A DNA stretch of 63,209 nucleotides, filler included, from Desulfonatronovibrionaceae bacterium (GTDB lineage Bacteria; Desulfobacterota; Desulfovibrionia; Desulfovibrionales; Desulfonatronovibrionaceae): NCBI GenBank assembly GCA_046539845.1. It is 5 parts of 5 records of this genome, joined end to end, with 100 filler letters (N's around TTAATTAATTAA, not from the genome) between each part and the next. Parts side by side here need not be neighbours in the genome. Positions count along the whole stretch, not along the records: positions 41,811 to 54,803 come from JBKHGE010000054.1; 4 more parts are not named here. The stretch is one strand, 5' to 3'. Below are positions 41,811-51,260 of this stretch, in pieces. The notes under the pieces are model-generated. The model worked only from the letters and a program-made list of their open reading frames with translations. It ran no database searches and was not told the origin of the DNA. Numbering within the stretch: position 1 is the first letter of the stretch; every line of letters starts with the position of its first letter. The position numbers and the translations under genes are program-made.

Positions 41811-41884
41811 TCGTGTTACTCGACAAAGAATAAATTACAACTGAATAAAAATCGCTCGTTTTAGGCCTTATAAAACAAAAAGAT

Positions 41885-43006
41885 ATGCATACTGATAATA
41901 ACAGGCCTATAGCCTTTTTCATTCCGGCCTTAAACGGCGGCGGGGCGCAAAAGGTCGTGGTCAATTTGGTCAATGCCTTGCCTGAACTGACCGATCATCC
42001 GTTACACGTTGTATTGGCCCGCAAGGAAGGTGAGTTTCTTGATGAGTTGAGGACGGAAGTCCAGGTGATTGATCTGGGAACCAACAGGGCGTCGCGCTCT
42101 GTTTGGGCCCTGGTCAAGTATATGCGCAGATACAAGCCTCAGGTGCTGATGTCCAGCATGAGTTATGTGAATATTATTTGCATGCTGGCTGTTCTGTTGG
42201 CCGGACGCCCCTGCCGTACTATCCTGCGGGAGGCAAATGTTGTGCTTCCGCAGTCTGGCAGTTTATTTATGCGCCTGCAAAAAAAATGGCTCATATATTT
42301 GATGAGAATTATTTATCCCTTAGCGGATGTTGTTATAGCTAATTCCCAGGAAACTTTGAATAGTATGGAACAGGCAGGAATCAGGGTCAGAAACAAGGCG
42401 GCTGTATTCAGCAACCCCATTACAATTCCCCCGCTAGATTCTGAGCCGATATCTTTAGAGTGGCTGCCTGAGCCGCGTCCTCCCTATATATGCTCAGTGG
42501 GGCGGCTGGCTACGCAAAAAGGCTTTGATATCCTGTTATCCGCTTTTGCCAGGCTGGAGGATACTAAGATTCATCTGGTTATTCTGGGTGAAGGAGAGCT
42601 ACGCGAGTCTTTGACTAGGCAGGCTGAGGGGCTGGGCATCAAGGACCGGGTACATATGCCTGGCTTTGTGCAAAACCCCATGGCAGTGGTGCGCCAGTCC
42701 AAGGTCTTTGTCCTCTCCACCAGGTGGGAGGGATTTGGCAATGTTTTGGTGGAAGCTCTGGCTACAGGCGTGCCTGTGGTGTCCACAGACTGCCCTGGCG
42801 CACCCGGAGATATCCTGGAAAATGGGGTGCATGGTTATTTGGTGCCTTATGATGATCCTGGGGCTTTGGCGAACGGAATAGTTAGGGCTTTGATAACACC
42901 GGCAGGGACACCGGAAGGGAGGAAGGCCAGGGCGGAGGATTTCTCGGCGGAGAAGATTGCCAGAAAGTATTTGGAAGAAGCTCTGCTTCCGGATGAGCAA
43001 GATTAA
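41885..43006 (+). CDS. Glycosyltransferase family 4
   Basis: GGAQKV, GRLATQKG, EGFGNVLVEA. Confidence 0.92.
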   Translation: MHTDNNRPIAFFIPALNGGGAQKVVVNLVNALPELTDHPLHVVLARKEGEFLDELRTEVQVIDLGTNRASRSVWALVKYMRRYKPQVLMSSMSYVNIICMLAVLLAGRPCRTILREANVVLPQSGSLFMRLQKKWLIYLMRIIYPLADVVIANSQETLNSMEQAGIRVRNKAAVFSNPITIPPLDSEPISLEWLPEPRPPYICSVGRLATQKGFDILLSAFARLEDTKIHLVILGEGELRESLTRQAEGLGIKDRVHMPGFVQNPMAVVRQSKVFVLSTRWEGFGNVLVEALATGVPVVSTDCPGAPGDILENGVHGYLVPYDDPGALANGIVRALITPAGTPEGRKARAEDFSAEKIARKYLEEALLPDEQD

Positions 43007-43007
43007 A

Positions 43008-44165
43008 ATGAATAACGAATTGAAACTCCTGCACATCATAACCGGCCTCTCCACTGGCGGCGCAGAGACCATGCTCTACAAGCTGCTCTCACGTATGGAT
43101 AAGGGTCTTTATGCCAGTCAGGCTGTTTCTTTATTGGGCAAAGGACCTATGGCTGAGAGAATCGAGGCTTTGGGAGTTCCGGTGCAAGCGGTCAATATGT
43201 CAAGAGGAGTACCCGATCCCCGGGGGATATGGAGGCTTAGCCGGCTGATTCGTAATTACGATCCGGATGTTATTCAAACCTGGATGTATCACGCTGATTT
43301 AATAGGCGGATTGGCTGCAAAAATGGCCGGAAATTATCCGGTGGTCTGGAACATCCGGCACAGCAATCTGCATCCCAGGGAAAACAAAAAGACCACTATC
43401 TGGACTGCTAAGGCATGCGCCTTGCTTTCGCGCTGGATTCCCAAAAAGATTGTCTGTTGCTCGGAAGAATCCAGGCGGGTGCATGCCAGCCTGGGATATG
43501 ACCAAGACAGGATGCTGGTCATACCCAACGGCTTTGATTTGGAGGCATTTGGCCCAAACAAGGAAGCCAGGAGGTCACTGCGTAGTGAACTCGGGCTGGG
43601 ACAAGACGCCTTACTTATAGGCATGGCAGCCAGATTCAATCCGCAAAAAGATCACTTCAACTTGGTTCAGGCGAGCAAGCACTTGAAAGACCAAGGGTTA
43701 GAAGTTTATTTTATGTTCTGCGGCCCGGGCATGGACCGGGAAAACGAAGAGCTTTGCGGCTGGATTAAAGAGATCGGTCTTGAAGACCGGTTTTTTCTTT
43801 TGGGACCCAAAAGTGATATGCCCAGAATAACTGCCGCACTGGATGTGGCCTGCCTTTCTTCCGCTTATGGCGAAGGATTCCCCAATGTTCTGGGCGAGGC
43901 TATGGCCTGCGAGGTACCCTGCGTGGCCACGAATGTGGGGGATTCTGCTGAGATAGTGGGAGATACCGGTCGGGTTGTCCCGCCCAGGGATCCGGAGACA
44001 CTGGCTATGGCAATTAAGGAGCTGATCGATATGGAGACTGAAGGCCGGACCGAGTTGGGTAAAAGGGCTAGGCAGAGGGTTGAAGAGAGATTTGAGCTGG
44101 GTAAGGTTGTCAGGCAGTATGAGGATATGTATCGCCTAGTCTGCGAGGCAAAGAATGCTGAATAG
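43008..44165 (+). CDS. Glycosyltransferase family 4
   Basis: GGAETML, QTWMYHAD, IPNGFD, EGFPNVLGEA. Confidence 0.92.
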   Translation: MNNELKLLHIITGLSTGGAETMLYKLLSRMDKGLYASQAVSLLGKGPMAERIEALGVPVQAVNMSRGVPDPRGIWRLSRLIRNYDPDVIQTWMYHADLIGGLAAKMAGNYPVVWNIRHSNLHPRENKKTTIWTAKACALLSRWIPKKIVCCSEESRRVHASLGYDQDRMLVIPNGFDLEAFGPNKEARRSLRSELGLGQDALLIGMAARFNPQKDHFNLVQASKHLKDQGLEVYFMFCGPGMDRENEELCGWIKEIGLEDRFFLLGPKSDMPRITAALDVACLSSAYGEGFPNVLGEAMACEVPCVATNVGDSAEIVGDTGRVVPPRDPETLAMAIKELIDMETEGRTELGKRARQRVEERFELGKVVRQYEDMYRLVCEAKNAE

Positions 44166-44261
44166 CTTGGCTGCTTCCGTTTTTCTGGCATGCGACATGC
44201 GTTTTTATAGCGTAGAGAAGTGGGGCAAGGAAGGACAGGCAAAAGCCAAAAGAAGTTTTGT

Positions 44262-45377
44262 ATGCGGATAATGATAGCAGGCGGAGTTGCCAGGTCCTTG
44301 ATCAATTTCCGGGGGCCGCTTTTGAAGACCCTGGTGGAGAAAGGCCACGATATTGTGGCCTGTGCTCCAAATGCTGATCCGGAGATCAGAGATAAACTAT
44401 CCGGTATGGGTGTTCGCTATCACCATATCCCCATAGCCAGGGCAGGGCTCTCCCCTGTCTCGGATTTAAAGACGATTGCGGCTTTTAGAAACATCATCAG
44501 GTTGGAAAGACCGGATAAAATACTGGCCTATACTGTCAAGCCGGTGATCTACAGCCATCTGGCTGCAAGAAATTCCGGCAATACACAGGTCTACGGGATG
44601 ATCACCGGCTTGGGATATGCTTTCGGAAACGGTTCAATTAAACAAAAAGTTGTTGGCGGATTGGTCCGCAAACTATACCGCTATGCCCTTAAAAGCAGTT
44701 TTGGAGTACTGTTCCAGAATCCGGACGATAGGCATGTCTTTCAGAGGCAGCGCCTGTTGCCTGCCCATGTGCCGGTAATCCTGGTTAATGGCTCAGGAGT
44801 TGATTTGGACTGGTATATCTCCCGGCCTCTGCCAAAAGAACCTGTGTTTCTGCTCATAGCCAGACTGCTGGGAGAAAAGGGAATACGAGAATATTACCAG
44901 GCAGCCAAAAGGGTCAAGGAAAGGCATCCCCAGGCCAAGTTCCAGCTGGCCGGAAACTTGGATTCCAATCCGGACAGCATCAGTCAGGAGGAACTGGACA
45001 AATGGCAGAAGAAAGGTGTTATAGAATACTTGGGCCGACTCGAGGATGTCCGTCCGGCATTGCAAGACTGCAGGGTCTATGTCCTGCCTTCTTACTACAG
45101 GGAAGGAACGCCCAGGACTGTACTGGAAGCTATGGCCACGGGCAGGGCGGTAATAACCACTGATACCCCGGGCTGCCGAGAGACAGTGGTGGATGGAGAA
45201 AACGGCTTTTTGGTCCGGCCGAGGGACGTGCACAGCCTGGAGCAGGCTATGGAGAGGTTTATTCAGGCTCCGGAACTGGCGGAAAAAATGGGATGGGAGA
45301 GTTTGCGTATTGCGCGAAACAAGTATGATGTTCACAAGGTAAACGAGGCGATTATCAGGGCAATGGGGGGTAAATGA
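44262..45377 (+). CDS. Glycosyltransferase family 4 (PglA/WbpU-like)
   Basis: NFRGPL, YTVKPVIY, ITGLG, FQNPDD, GSGVD, YREGTPRTVLEA. Confidence 0.9.
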   Translation: MRIMIAGGVARSLINFRGPLLKTLVEKGHDIVACAPNADPEIRDKLSGMGVRYHHIPIARAGLSPVSDLKTIAAFRNIIRLERPDKILAYTVKPVIYSHLAARNSGNTQVYGMITGLGYAFGNGSIKQKVVGGLVRKLYRYALKSSFGVLFQNPDDRHVFQRQRLLPAHVPVILVNGSGVDLDWYISRPLPKEPVFLLIARLLGEKGIREYYQAAKRVKERHPQAKFQLAGNLDSNPDSISQEELDKWQKKGVIEYLGRLEDVRPALQDCRVYVLPSYYREGTPRTVLEAMATGRAVITTDTPGCRETVVDGENGFLVRPRDVHSLEQAMERFIQAPELAEKMGWESLRIARNKYDVHKVNEAIIRAMGGK

Positions 45378-45517
45378 AATGGATGGCCATTTTTTGTCCA
45401 GGATGGGACAAGCGAGTCTTTGATCTGTTTTCGGTCCGGATGGTGCTTTTGTCTGTGTCTCGTATTACCCTCCTGGTGCAAATTGATGCGAGCTTGAAGA
45501 CAAAAAGTCATGTTTGA
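45374..45517 (+). pseudogene. Remnant N-terminus of a priming sugar transferase
   Basis: 47-codon ORF overlapping the GT4 stop codon; contains KRVFDL plus a hydrophobic stretch, the usual start of Bac_transf proteins. Confidence 0.45.
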
Positions 45518-46340
45518 ATACAAAGGCATCTACTGGTTCATGCACCACGGCGTTCTCTTGCCTCTTACGCCTCCTCATGCGGAGATAGAACTCAACCGGA
45601 GTGAGCAAGAGGAGTTGTTAAAAAAAACAGGCGCCAGATTTATCCGCTGGACCAATCATTTTGACAAGGATGATTCCGCGTTCTGGTATATCATAAAGGA
45701 TTTCTTCGGCGGGCTGGAAGAGCTGAGCTCAAATACGAGGAGCAAGATCCGTCGCGGCCAAAAAAAGTTTGCCGCCGGTCCGGTCACCTTCAATCATTTG
45801 CGAACCGAAGGATATCAGACTTATATTAATGCCTTTCAACGCTTCTCCACCTTTGAACAGCCGGTAAACAAAATACAGTTTGAGAAGCATGTTTGCATGC
45901 TGGAAGAGTCCGGAGTTTACGAGATATGGGGGGTCTGGGATAAGCCGAGCAAGAGGCTGGCCGGATTCAGTGAAAATCTGATACTCGGCCCTACCTGCTT
46001 TTACGAGACCATCTATTTTGATCCTTCCTACTTGAAAAATTATTCCAGCTATACCCTGTTCTACGAAATGAACCACCATTACCTGCAGGCAAAGGGATTC
46101 AGGTATGTGCATGACGGCAGCCGGAGCCTGTCTCATGATACCAATATCCATGATTTCCTTATAGACAAGTTCAAATTTCGGAAAGCCTATTGTGATCTGC
46201 ATATTGCCTATAGATTTGATGTTGCCATGCTGGCAAGAATCTTATTCCCGCTGCGGCGATTTTTGTATACAAGGAGAGGCCCAATAGGAAAGAGACTGTC
46301 TGTTCTCCTGCGGCATGAAGAAATCAGAAGGTGTTCATAA
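45510..46340 (+). CDS. Hypothetical GNAT/FemAB-like acyltransferase
   Basis: LEELSSNTRSKIRRG (FemAB/GNAT-like helix), YSSYTLFY, FKFRKAY. Confidence 0.6.
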   Translation: MFEYKGIYWFMHHGVLLPLTPPHAEIELNRSEQEELLKKTGARFIRWTNHFDKDDSAFWYIIKDFFGGLEELSSNTRSKIRRGQKKFAAGPVTFNHLRTEGYQTYINAFQRFSTFEQPVNKIQFEKHVCMLEESGVYEIWGVWDKPSKRLAGFSENLILGPTCFYETIYFDPSYLKNYSSYTLFYEMNHHYLQAKGFRYVHDGSRSLSHDTNIHDFLIDKFKFRKAYCDLHIAYRFDVAMLARILFPLRRFLYTRRGPIGKRLSVLLRHEEIRRCS

Positions 46341-47242
46341 TGCGCAGAGACTCGGCTTTGATGCCGGTACTGCGGTTTTTGCAGGAAAAGTACAAGTACT
46401 TTGGTTTCCTTGACCGTCTTGTCCGTCCTTTTTTAAACAGGCAAGGCGATATTGGTCTGGTATGCATTTTGGCCCCTCCAAGAAGCGGCTCCACCCTTAC
46501 TTACCAGGTACTTTCTTCTGCTTTCCGCGGTTACAGCCTGAGAAACATATCCAATTTTTTGTATGCAACTCCTGTAATAGGTTATTTGGCCACGAGAAAA
46601 CTTTGTGGGCATTATGAAAGTACCTTCTGCTCCAATCATGGTTTTGTGTCCGGTATGTGCGGTGAGGCAGAGGGATTGAGGTTCTGGCGGCACTGGCTTG
46701 GTCAGGGCTTGGAGCAAAATTCAGAGCTGCTGGCTCCCGAAAAGCTCCGGGAGCTGAAGCAGGCGTTGGACAGGACCGGTGCGGACTTTATGATAACCGG
46801 CTATCTTGGGCATGTTTTCGCCATCTCCGTTCTGAGAGAGGTCTTTCCCAGAGTTTTGTTTATCCACTTACAAAGAGATCTTTTGTCTAATGCTTATTCC
46901 CTCCTGAAATTGACCCCGGAGTCTGCACCATTTTCTATATGCCCCGCCGGGTTGAAAACAGTGGCTTGCGATAGCAGGCACCGTTTGGTGGTGGACCAGG
47001 TACGCGGCATACACGAGCTTATTTTTTCTGAATATGGTTATGACATGCTGACGGTCAACTATGAGGATTTATGCGCTGATGTCCGCGGGACCTTAAGCCG
47101 GATCGAGCGCAAGGCCGGGAGCCTGGGGATGCCCCTGTGCAGAAGAGACAGCGTGCCGGATTCGTTTCCTAAGCAGATGGTAGAGCCCGATCAGGATGAA
47201 GATGCTGCGCTTTTAAAGCGAATAATTTCTAAAGAGGAGTGA
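46340..47242 (+). CDS. Sulfotransferase family protein
   Basis: 5'-PSB loop APPRSGSTL, 3'-PB motif HLQRD...NAYS, VNYEDL; TAATG coupling to the upstream gene. Confidence 0.8.
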   Translation: MRRDSALMPVLRFLQEKYKYFGFLDRLVRPFLNRQGDIGLVCILAPPRSGSTLTYQVLSSAFRGYSLRNISNFLYATPVIGYLATRKLCGHYESTFCSNHGFVSGMCGEAEGLRFWRHWLGQGLEQNSELLAPEKLRELKQALDRTGADFMITGYLGHVFAISVLREVFPRVLFIHLQRDLLSNAYSLLKLTPESAPFSICPAGLKTVACDSRHRLVVDQVRGIHELIFSEYGYDMLTVNYEDLCADVRGTLSRIERKAGSLGMPLCRRDSVPDSFPKQMVEPDQDEDAALLKRIISKEE

Positions 47243-47271
47243 GAGGCAGGGGGGTAAATTTTGGGAGGGGA

Positions 47272-47299
47272 CCCGCGAATCACGCGAATAGCCGCGAAT
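47272..47299 (+). repeat. Heptamer-triplet repeat, forward copy 1
   Basis: CC-CGCGAAT-CA-CGCGAAT-AGC-CGCGAAT. Confidence 0.9.
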
Positions 47300-47394
47300 T
47301 GAATATCTTTAACCTGCCGCAGCAATGGCTGGCAGACTAAAGCTCTTACCTCCGAGTGACCGGGGGACGGGGCCTAAGTTATAGAGATATTCTT

Positions 47395-47420
47395 ATCAGC
47401 GCCAACCTGCGTAATCAGCG
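47395..47420 (-). repeat. Heptamer-triplet repeat, reverse copy 1
   Basis: Minus strand CGCTGAT-TA-CGCAGGT-TGG-CGCTGAT. Confidence 0.75.
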
Positions 47421-47470
47421 CTTTAATATCCAAACGAGGATATTAGCGGAGTGAAAAGAGAAGATGAATT

Positions 47471-47500
47471 GGCCCGCGAATTACGCGAATCTAAGCGAAT
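47471..47500 (+). repeat. Heptamer-triplet repeat, forward copy 2
   Basis: GGCC-CGCGAAT-TA-CGCGAAT-CTA-AGCGAAT. Confidence 0.9.
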
Positions 47501-47538
47501 GGTGGATAAAAGGGGCCTGAAGCCTGGTTGGGAACAAA

Positions 47539-48159
47539 ATGGTTGAAAGCACTCATGGACTTGGCCTTGGTCAGAGATTTGCCAAGCGCGGCTTGGATCT
47601 GCTGGGGGCTGCTTTGGGTCTGGCCTTTACCTTGTGGATCATTTTGCCTGCTTGGCTTTTGGCCAGTCTGGATACGCGCAAAAACGGATTTTTCACCCAA
47701 GATCGGGTGGGCAGGGACGGTCGTGTTTTCCGGGTCATAAAGATCCGGACCATGCGGGATGTGCCCGGGATGGACACTACAGTGACCACCGGCACGGACC
47801 GGCGGATAACAAGGCTTGGCCGCTTGTGGAGAAAAACCAAGATTGATGAACTCCCGCAATTGATAAATGTGCTCAAGGGGGATATGAGTTTTGTCGGTCC
47901 CAGGCCGGATGTGCCCGGATACGCGGATCGGCTTGAGGGTGAGGACAGGATTGTCTTGAGTGTCCGTCCGGGCATTACCGGACCGGCGACCCTTAAATAC
48001 CGCAATGAGGAAAAACTGCTCGCAGAGCAGGAAAATCCCCGGCAGTACAACGATGAGGTGCTCTGGCCGGACAAGGTGCGGTTGAACCGGGAATATGTCC
48101 GGAACTGGTCGTTTGGAACGGATCTTAGATACATATGGAAAACGATTGTCAGCGGATGA
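47539..48159 (+). CDS. Priming phosphoglycosyltransferase (PglC-like)
   Basis: KRGLDL, KIRTM, KIDELPQLINVLKGDMSFVGPRP, RPGITG. Confidence 0.93.
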   Translation: MVESTHGLGLGQRFAKRGLDLLGAALGLAFTLWIILPAWLLASLDTRKNGFFTQDRVGRDGRVFRVIKIRTMRDVPGMDTTVTTGTDRRITRLGRLWRKTKIDELPQLINVLKGDMSFVGPRPDVPGYADRLEGEDRIVLSVRPGITGPATLKYRNEEKLLAEQENPRQYNDEVLWPDKVRLNREYVRNWSFGTDLRYIWKTIVSG

Positions 48160-48183
48160 CAGTGATCGCTTCAAGGGGATTAT

Positions 48184-50424
48184 ATGGGTAAGAAAAGCCG
48201 TAGAAAGGCGCAGGATAAGACTCAGGCCGAAGAAAAAACCGGAGGAAAAGGCGGACCGGAGGACTCCTTTGCCCCGGCTGCAGCGCCGCAGATGCCAAAA
48301 CCAGGCAAGGCAGCCGGGCAGATACTTATGCTCTGCATTCTGGTCTATGCACTCAATCTGGTCTTCAGGCTCTTTGAGCTTCCGGGCTGGAGTGCTCCGG
48401 GGATGCAGTTTAACGGCGAGTATCTCATGGCCACCCATGATGCCTACGCCTGGCTGGCCGGGGCGGAAGGGATCAATCGTAAGACCGGTTCTGCCCTGAG
48501 CGGGCTGCTCAAGCTGCTGCACGGAATTTTCGGGTTCAAGACAGCCAATATTGGTTTTTGGCTGCCGGTGATTATCGCCCCCCTGGCCGCTTTACCCCCG
48601 GCCCTTTTGGCCTGGAAAAAGAAACAGCCTGAAGCCGGTCTTGTCTCCGGAGTAATGGCTGCCGGCTGTCTGGGCTATCTTCTGCGCACCAGGCTGGGGT
48701 TTTTGGATACGGACATAGTGGCTCTTTTTTTCCCCCTGGCCATTGCTTGCTCACTTGTCCTTTGGCTCTCCGGCATTTGCCGGAGGGAATGGAAAAGGGA
48801 TAAATTCGAGTCCGCGGCGAGCTTGAATCCGCTTTTGTTCCTCCTCGGGGCGGTGGGCATCGGACTCCTTATATACGGGTACGACTGGTTTTATAAGCCC
48901 CAGGTGGCCCTGGCCCTGGCCGGGACTGCTTTTGCCCTCGGATTGGTTTTAGCCCCGGTTAAAAAATACAGGCTTTTTATCTGCGGGGGCTGTATCCTTT
49001 TTATCTGCGGATTCGGGGGTGTTCTCGGGCTTGCAGCCGGATTGGCCGCCTGCGGGGTGTTTGTTTATCGACCGGATTTTCTGGATAAATGGTCCGGTAT
49101 CGGGGTCCTGGGGGCAGTAACCTTGATATTGGCCGGACCGGACATGTTTTCTGCTTTATTCAGCGCCGTATACAAGGTACTCGGGTATGCCAAGCTCACA
49201 CCGGCCGAGTCCGTGGGCAATGCCTCCCTGGATCTGCCGGCTATCGCCCAGAGCGTGCGCGAGGCTCAGAATGTGAATTGGGGAGCCATGTTCTCCCGCA
49301 CCGCAGGCGGATGGTGGATATTCTGGCCCGCTTTGGCCGGGTATGTGTATCTGGTCTGGAAAAGACCGCTGTTTATAGTTTTTTTGCCCCTTTTGGGACT
49401 AAGCATAGCCAGTGTAAAGCTCGGCAACCGTTTTGCCATGTTCGGGGGCGGGGCCCTGGGGATCGGCCTGGCCTTCGGTGTGAACCGCCTTCTTCTGGAT
49501 TTTGGGCAGTCCCGCCTCAGGCGCTGGCTGGCCCAGATCATTCTGGCCCTTCTGGTTACCTGGCCGCTTTTGAATGTCTCTCTTAATTTGAAGCCTTCGC
49601 CGATTCTGCCCCCGGCCTACGCCAAAACTTTTGCCCAAGTTGGGGAAAAGGCGGGGCCGGACGCCCAGCTCTGGCAGTGGTGGGATTATGGATACGCCGG
49701 GCAGTACTATGCCCAAAGACGCGTCTTCGGAGACGGTGGGCAGCATGGAGGCAAGTTCCTCTACCCCCTGGCCCGGGTGCATACCACGGATTCGCCGTTG
49801 CAGGCGGCGCAGCTGATGAAATTCACCCTGCATGCCCAGCTTAGGCAGTATAAGGAGATGGAGGAAAACGGCACTTTACCTGTGCAGCGGGGTGAGGCCC
49901 AAAATTATCCTGGAGATCCGGTGAAACCGCTTCGGGAGATGGGTAGGGAAAAGGCCCGGGAGTATGTAGAATCCATGAAGAACAAACGTTACTCCTGGCC
50001 AGAGCTGCCCGAGCAGTACCTGGTCCTTTCCTGGGATAATATCCGTCTTTCCTATTGGATCAGTTTCTACGGGACCTGGGATCTGGTCTCCGGAAACACC
50101 TTTCCGGGCCGGTTGCAGCGGGTGACCTCGGACATCCGCCTGGATTCAGGCCAGGGAGTTTTGCATCTCAGGGATGGGAGGACCGTGCCCCTTAAAAGCA
50201 TTGATTATCTGACCGAGCAGGGTAATCAGAAAAAAACATGGACAAATGCCGGAGGGGTGCATGCGGTCTTCAATACCAAAAGGCGGGAGCTGTTTCTCAT
50301 GGATGATAAGATTTATGATTCCCTTATGGTCAGAATGCTGATTGGCGATCCGGGGAGATTCGAAGAGCATTTTGAGCTGGTGGTGGATAACTTCCCCCAC
50401 AATCGGGCTTACAGGGTGAAGTGA
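48184..50424 (+). CDS. pglB: Oligosaccharyltransferase STT3/PglB
   Basis: Multi-TM; THDAY, GFLDTD, SVRE (TIxE/SVxE), WWDYG, DGGQH. Confidence 0.9.
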   Translation: MGKKSRRKAQDKTQAEEKTGGKGGPEDSFAPAAAPQMPKPGKAAGQILMLCILVYALNLVFRLFELPGWSAPGMQFNGEYLMATHDAYAWLAGAEGINRKTGSALSGLLKLLHGIFGFKTANIGFWLPVIIAPLAALPPALLAWKKKQPEAGLVSGVMAAGCLGYLLRTRLGFLDTDIVALFFPLAIACSLVLWLSGICRREWKRDKFESAASLNPLLFLLGAVGIGLLIYGYDWFYKPQVALALAGTAFALGLVLAPVKKYRLFICGGCILFICGFGGVLGLAAGLAACGVFVYRPDFLDKWSGIGVLGAVTLILAGPDMFSALFSAVYKVLGYAKLTPAESVGNASLDLPAIAQSVREAQNVNWGAMFSRTAGGWWIFWPALAGYVYLVWKRPLFIVFLPLLGLSIASVKLGNRFAMFGGGALGIGLAFGVNRLLLDFGQSRLRRWLAQIILALLVTWPLLNVSLNLKPSPILPPAYAKTFAQVGEKAGPDAQLWQWWDYGYAGQYYAQRRVFGDGGQHGGKFLYPLARVHTTDSPLQAAQLMKFTLHAQLRQYKEMEENGTLPVQRGEAQNYPGDPVKPLREMGREKAREYVESMKNKRYSWPELPEQYLVLSWDNIRLSYWISFYGTWDLVSGNTFPGRLQRVTSDIRLDSGQGVLHLRDGRTVPLKSIDYLTEQGNQKKTWTNAGGVHAVFNTKRRELFLMDDKIYDSLMVRMLIGDPGRFEEHFELVVDNFPHNRAYRVK

Positions 50425-50453
50425 GGCCGCGGATTACGCGAATGGCCGCGAAT
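50425..50453 (+). repeat. Heptamer-triplet repeat, forward copy 3
   Basis: GGC-CGCGGAT-TA-CGCGAAT-GGC-CGCGAAT directly after the pglB TGA. Confidence 0.9.
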
Positions 50454-50472
50454 GAAGAGGGGGCCTCACCGC

Positions 50473-50505
50473 CCGGGACGAGAGCGGAATGTCCCGGAGT
50501 TTTTT
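50473..50505 (+). terminator. Terminator-like hairpin before the TA promoter
   Basis: CCGGGAC...GTCCCGG-AGTTTTTT. Confidence 0.55.
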
Positions 50506-50521
50506 CATTAGTTATTTGTCC

Positions 50522-50566
50522 TTGACATTAGTGTTATTTTGTACAATATTTTTGTACAAAATAACA
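50522..50566 (+). promoter_or_regulatory. TA promoter/operator
   Basis: TTGACA (50522-50527); perfect 15-bp inverted repeat TGTTATTTTGTACAA-n5-TTGTACAAAATAACA with two TGTACA cores, as in YefM-type operators. Confidence 0.75.
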
Positions 50567-50584
50567 ATCGCAAGGAGCAAGGTT

Positions 50585-50818
50585 ATGAAAGCAATGAATA
50601 TTTCCGAAGCCCGGCAACGCCTTCCCAGCTTGATATCTGAACTGGTGGTCTCAGGGGAGGAAGTGACTATCATTAAGCATGGGAAACCGGTTGCCAAGCT
50701 GGTAATCTACACTCCGGAAGAAGAGCAAAATAATTACCCCCTCCGTGGCCTCACATTTCAAGTGCATGGTGATTTTGACGCTCCGCTTCCAGATATGTGG
50801 GAGGCTCTGGAGGAATGA
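50585..50818 (+). CDS. Phd/YefM-family antitoxin
   Basis: MNISEARQRLPSLI..GEEVTIIKHGKPVAKL; AAGGAG RBS. Confidence 0.9.
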   Translation: MKAMNISEARQRLPSLISELVVSGEEVTIIKHGKPVAKLVIYTPEEEQNNYPLRGLTFQVHGDFDAPLPDMWEALEE

Positions 50819-51210
50819 TTGTCCTTGATACTCATGTGTGGCTTTGGTGGCTGCACAATCCTGATCATCTCTCTGCATCCGCCCAAGAAAAAATCGCTCA
50901 TGAAGAAAAGCTGCACGGTCTAAAGCTATCTGTTATTTCGGTTTGGGAGGTGGCAATCAAGGTCCATATCGGGAAACTTATCTTGCCCATGGACTTTGAT
51001 TCCTGGTATGCTGCCGCTCAGTCCTATCCAGGTATTAACGTCGAGCCCCTGTACCCCTTTGATGCCATAGAAAGCACGCGCCTTCCTGGTACTTTCCATA
51101 AAGACCCTGCTGATAGAATTATTGTAGCCCTGGCTCGGCGCTATGGGGCCCCTTTGGTGACCTGCGACCGGAAAATTCGGGAGTACAACCATGTCCAGAC
51201 TGTCTGGTAA
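50815..51210 (+). CDS. vapC: VapC-family PIN-domain toxin
   Basis: IVLDTHVWLW, SVISVWE, HKDPADRII, LVTCD; ATGA overlap with the antitoxin. Confidence 0.92.
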   Translation: MIVLDTHVWLWWLHNPDHLSASAQEKIAHEEKLHGLKLSVISVWEVAIKVHIGKLILPMDFDSWYAAAQSYPGINVEPLYPFDAIESTRLPGTFHKDPADRIIVALARRYGAPLVTCDRKIREYNHVQTVW

Positions 51211-51212
51211 AT

Positions 51213-51240
51213 ATTAGCGTTGATTAGCGTTATTAGCGGG
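51213..51240 (-). repeat. Heptamer-triplet repeat, reverse copy 2
   Basis: Minus strand CC-CGCTAAT-AA-CGCTAAT-CAA-CGCTAAT, starting 2 nt after the vapC TAA. Confidence 0.88.
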
Positions 51241-51260
51241 AAGAAAAAGAGTAGAAGAGT

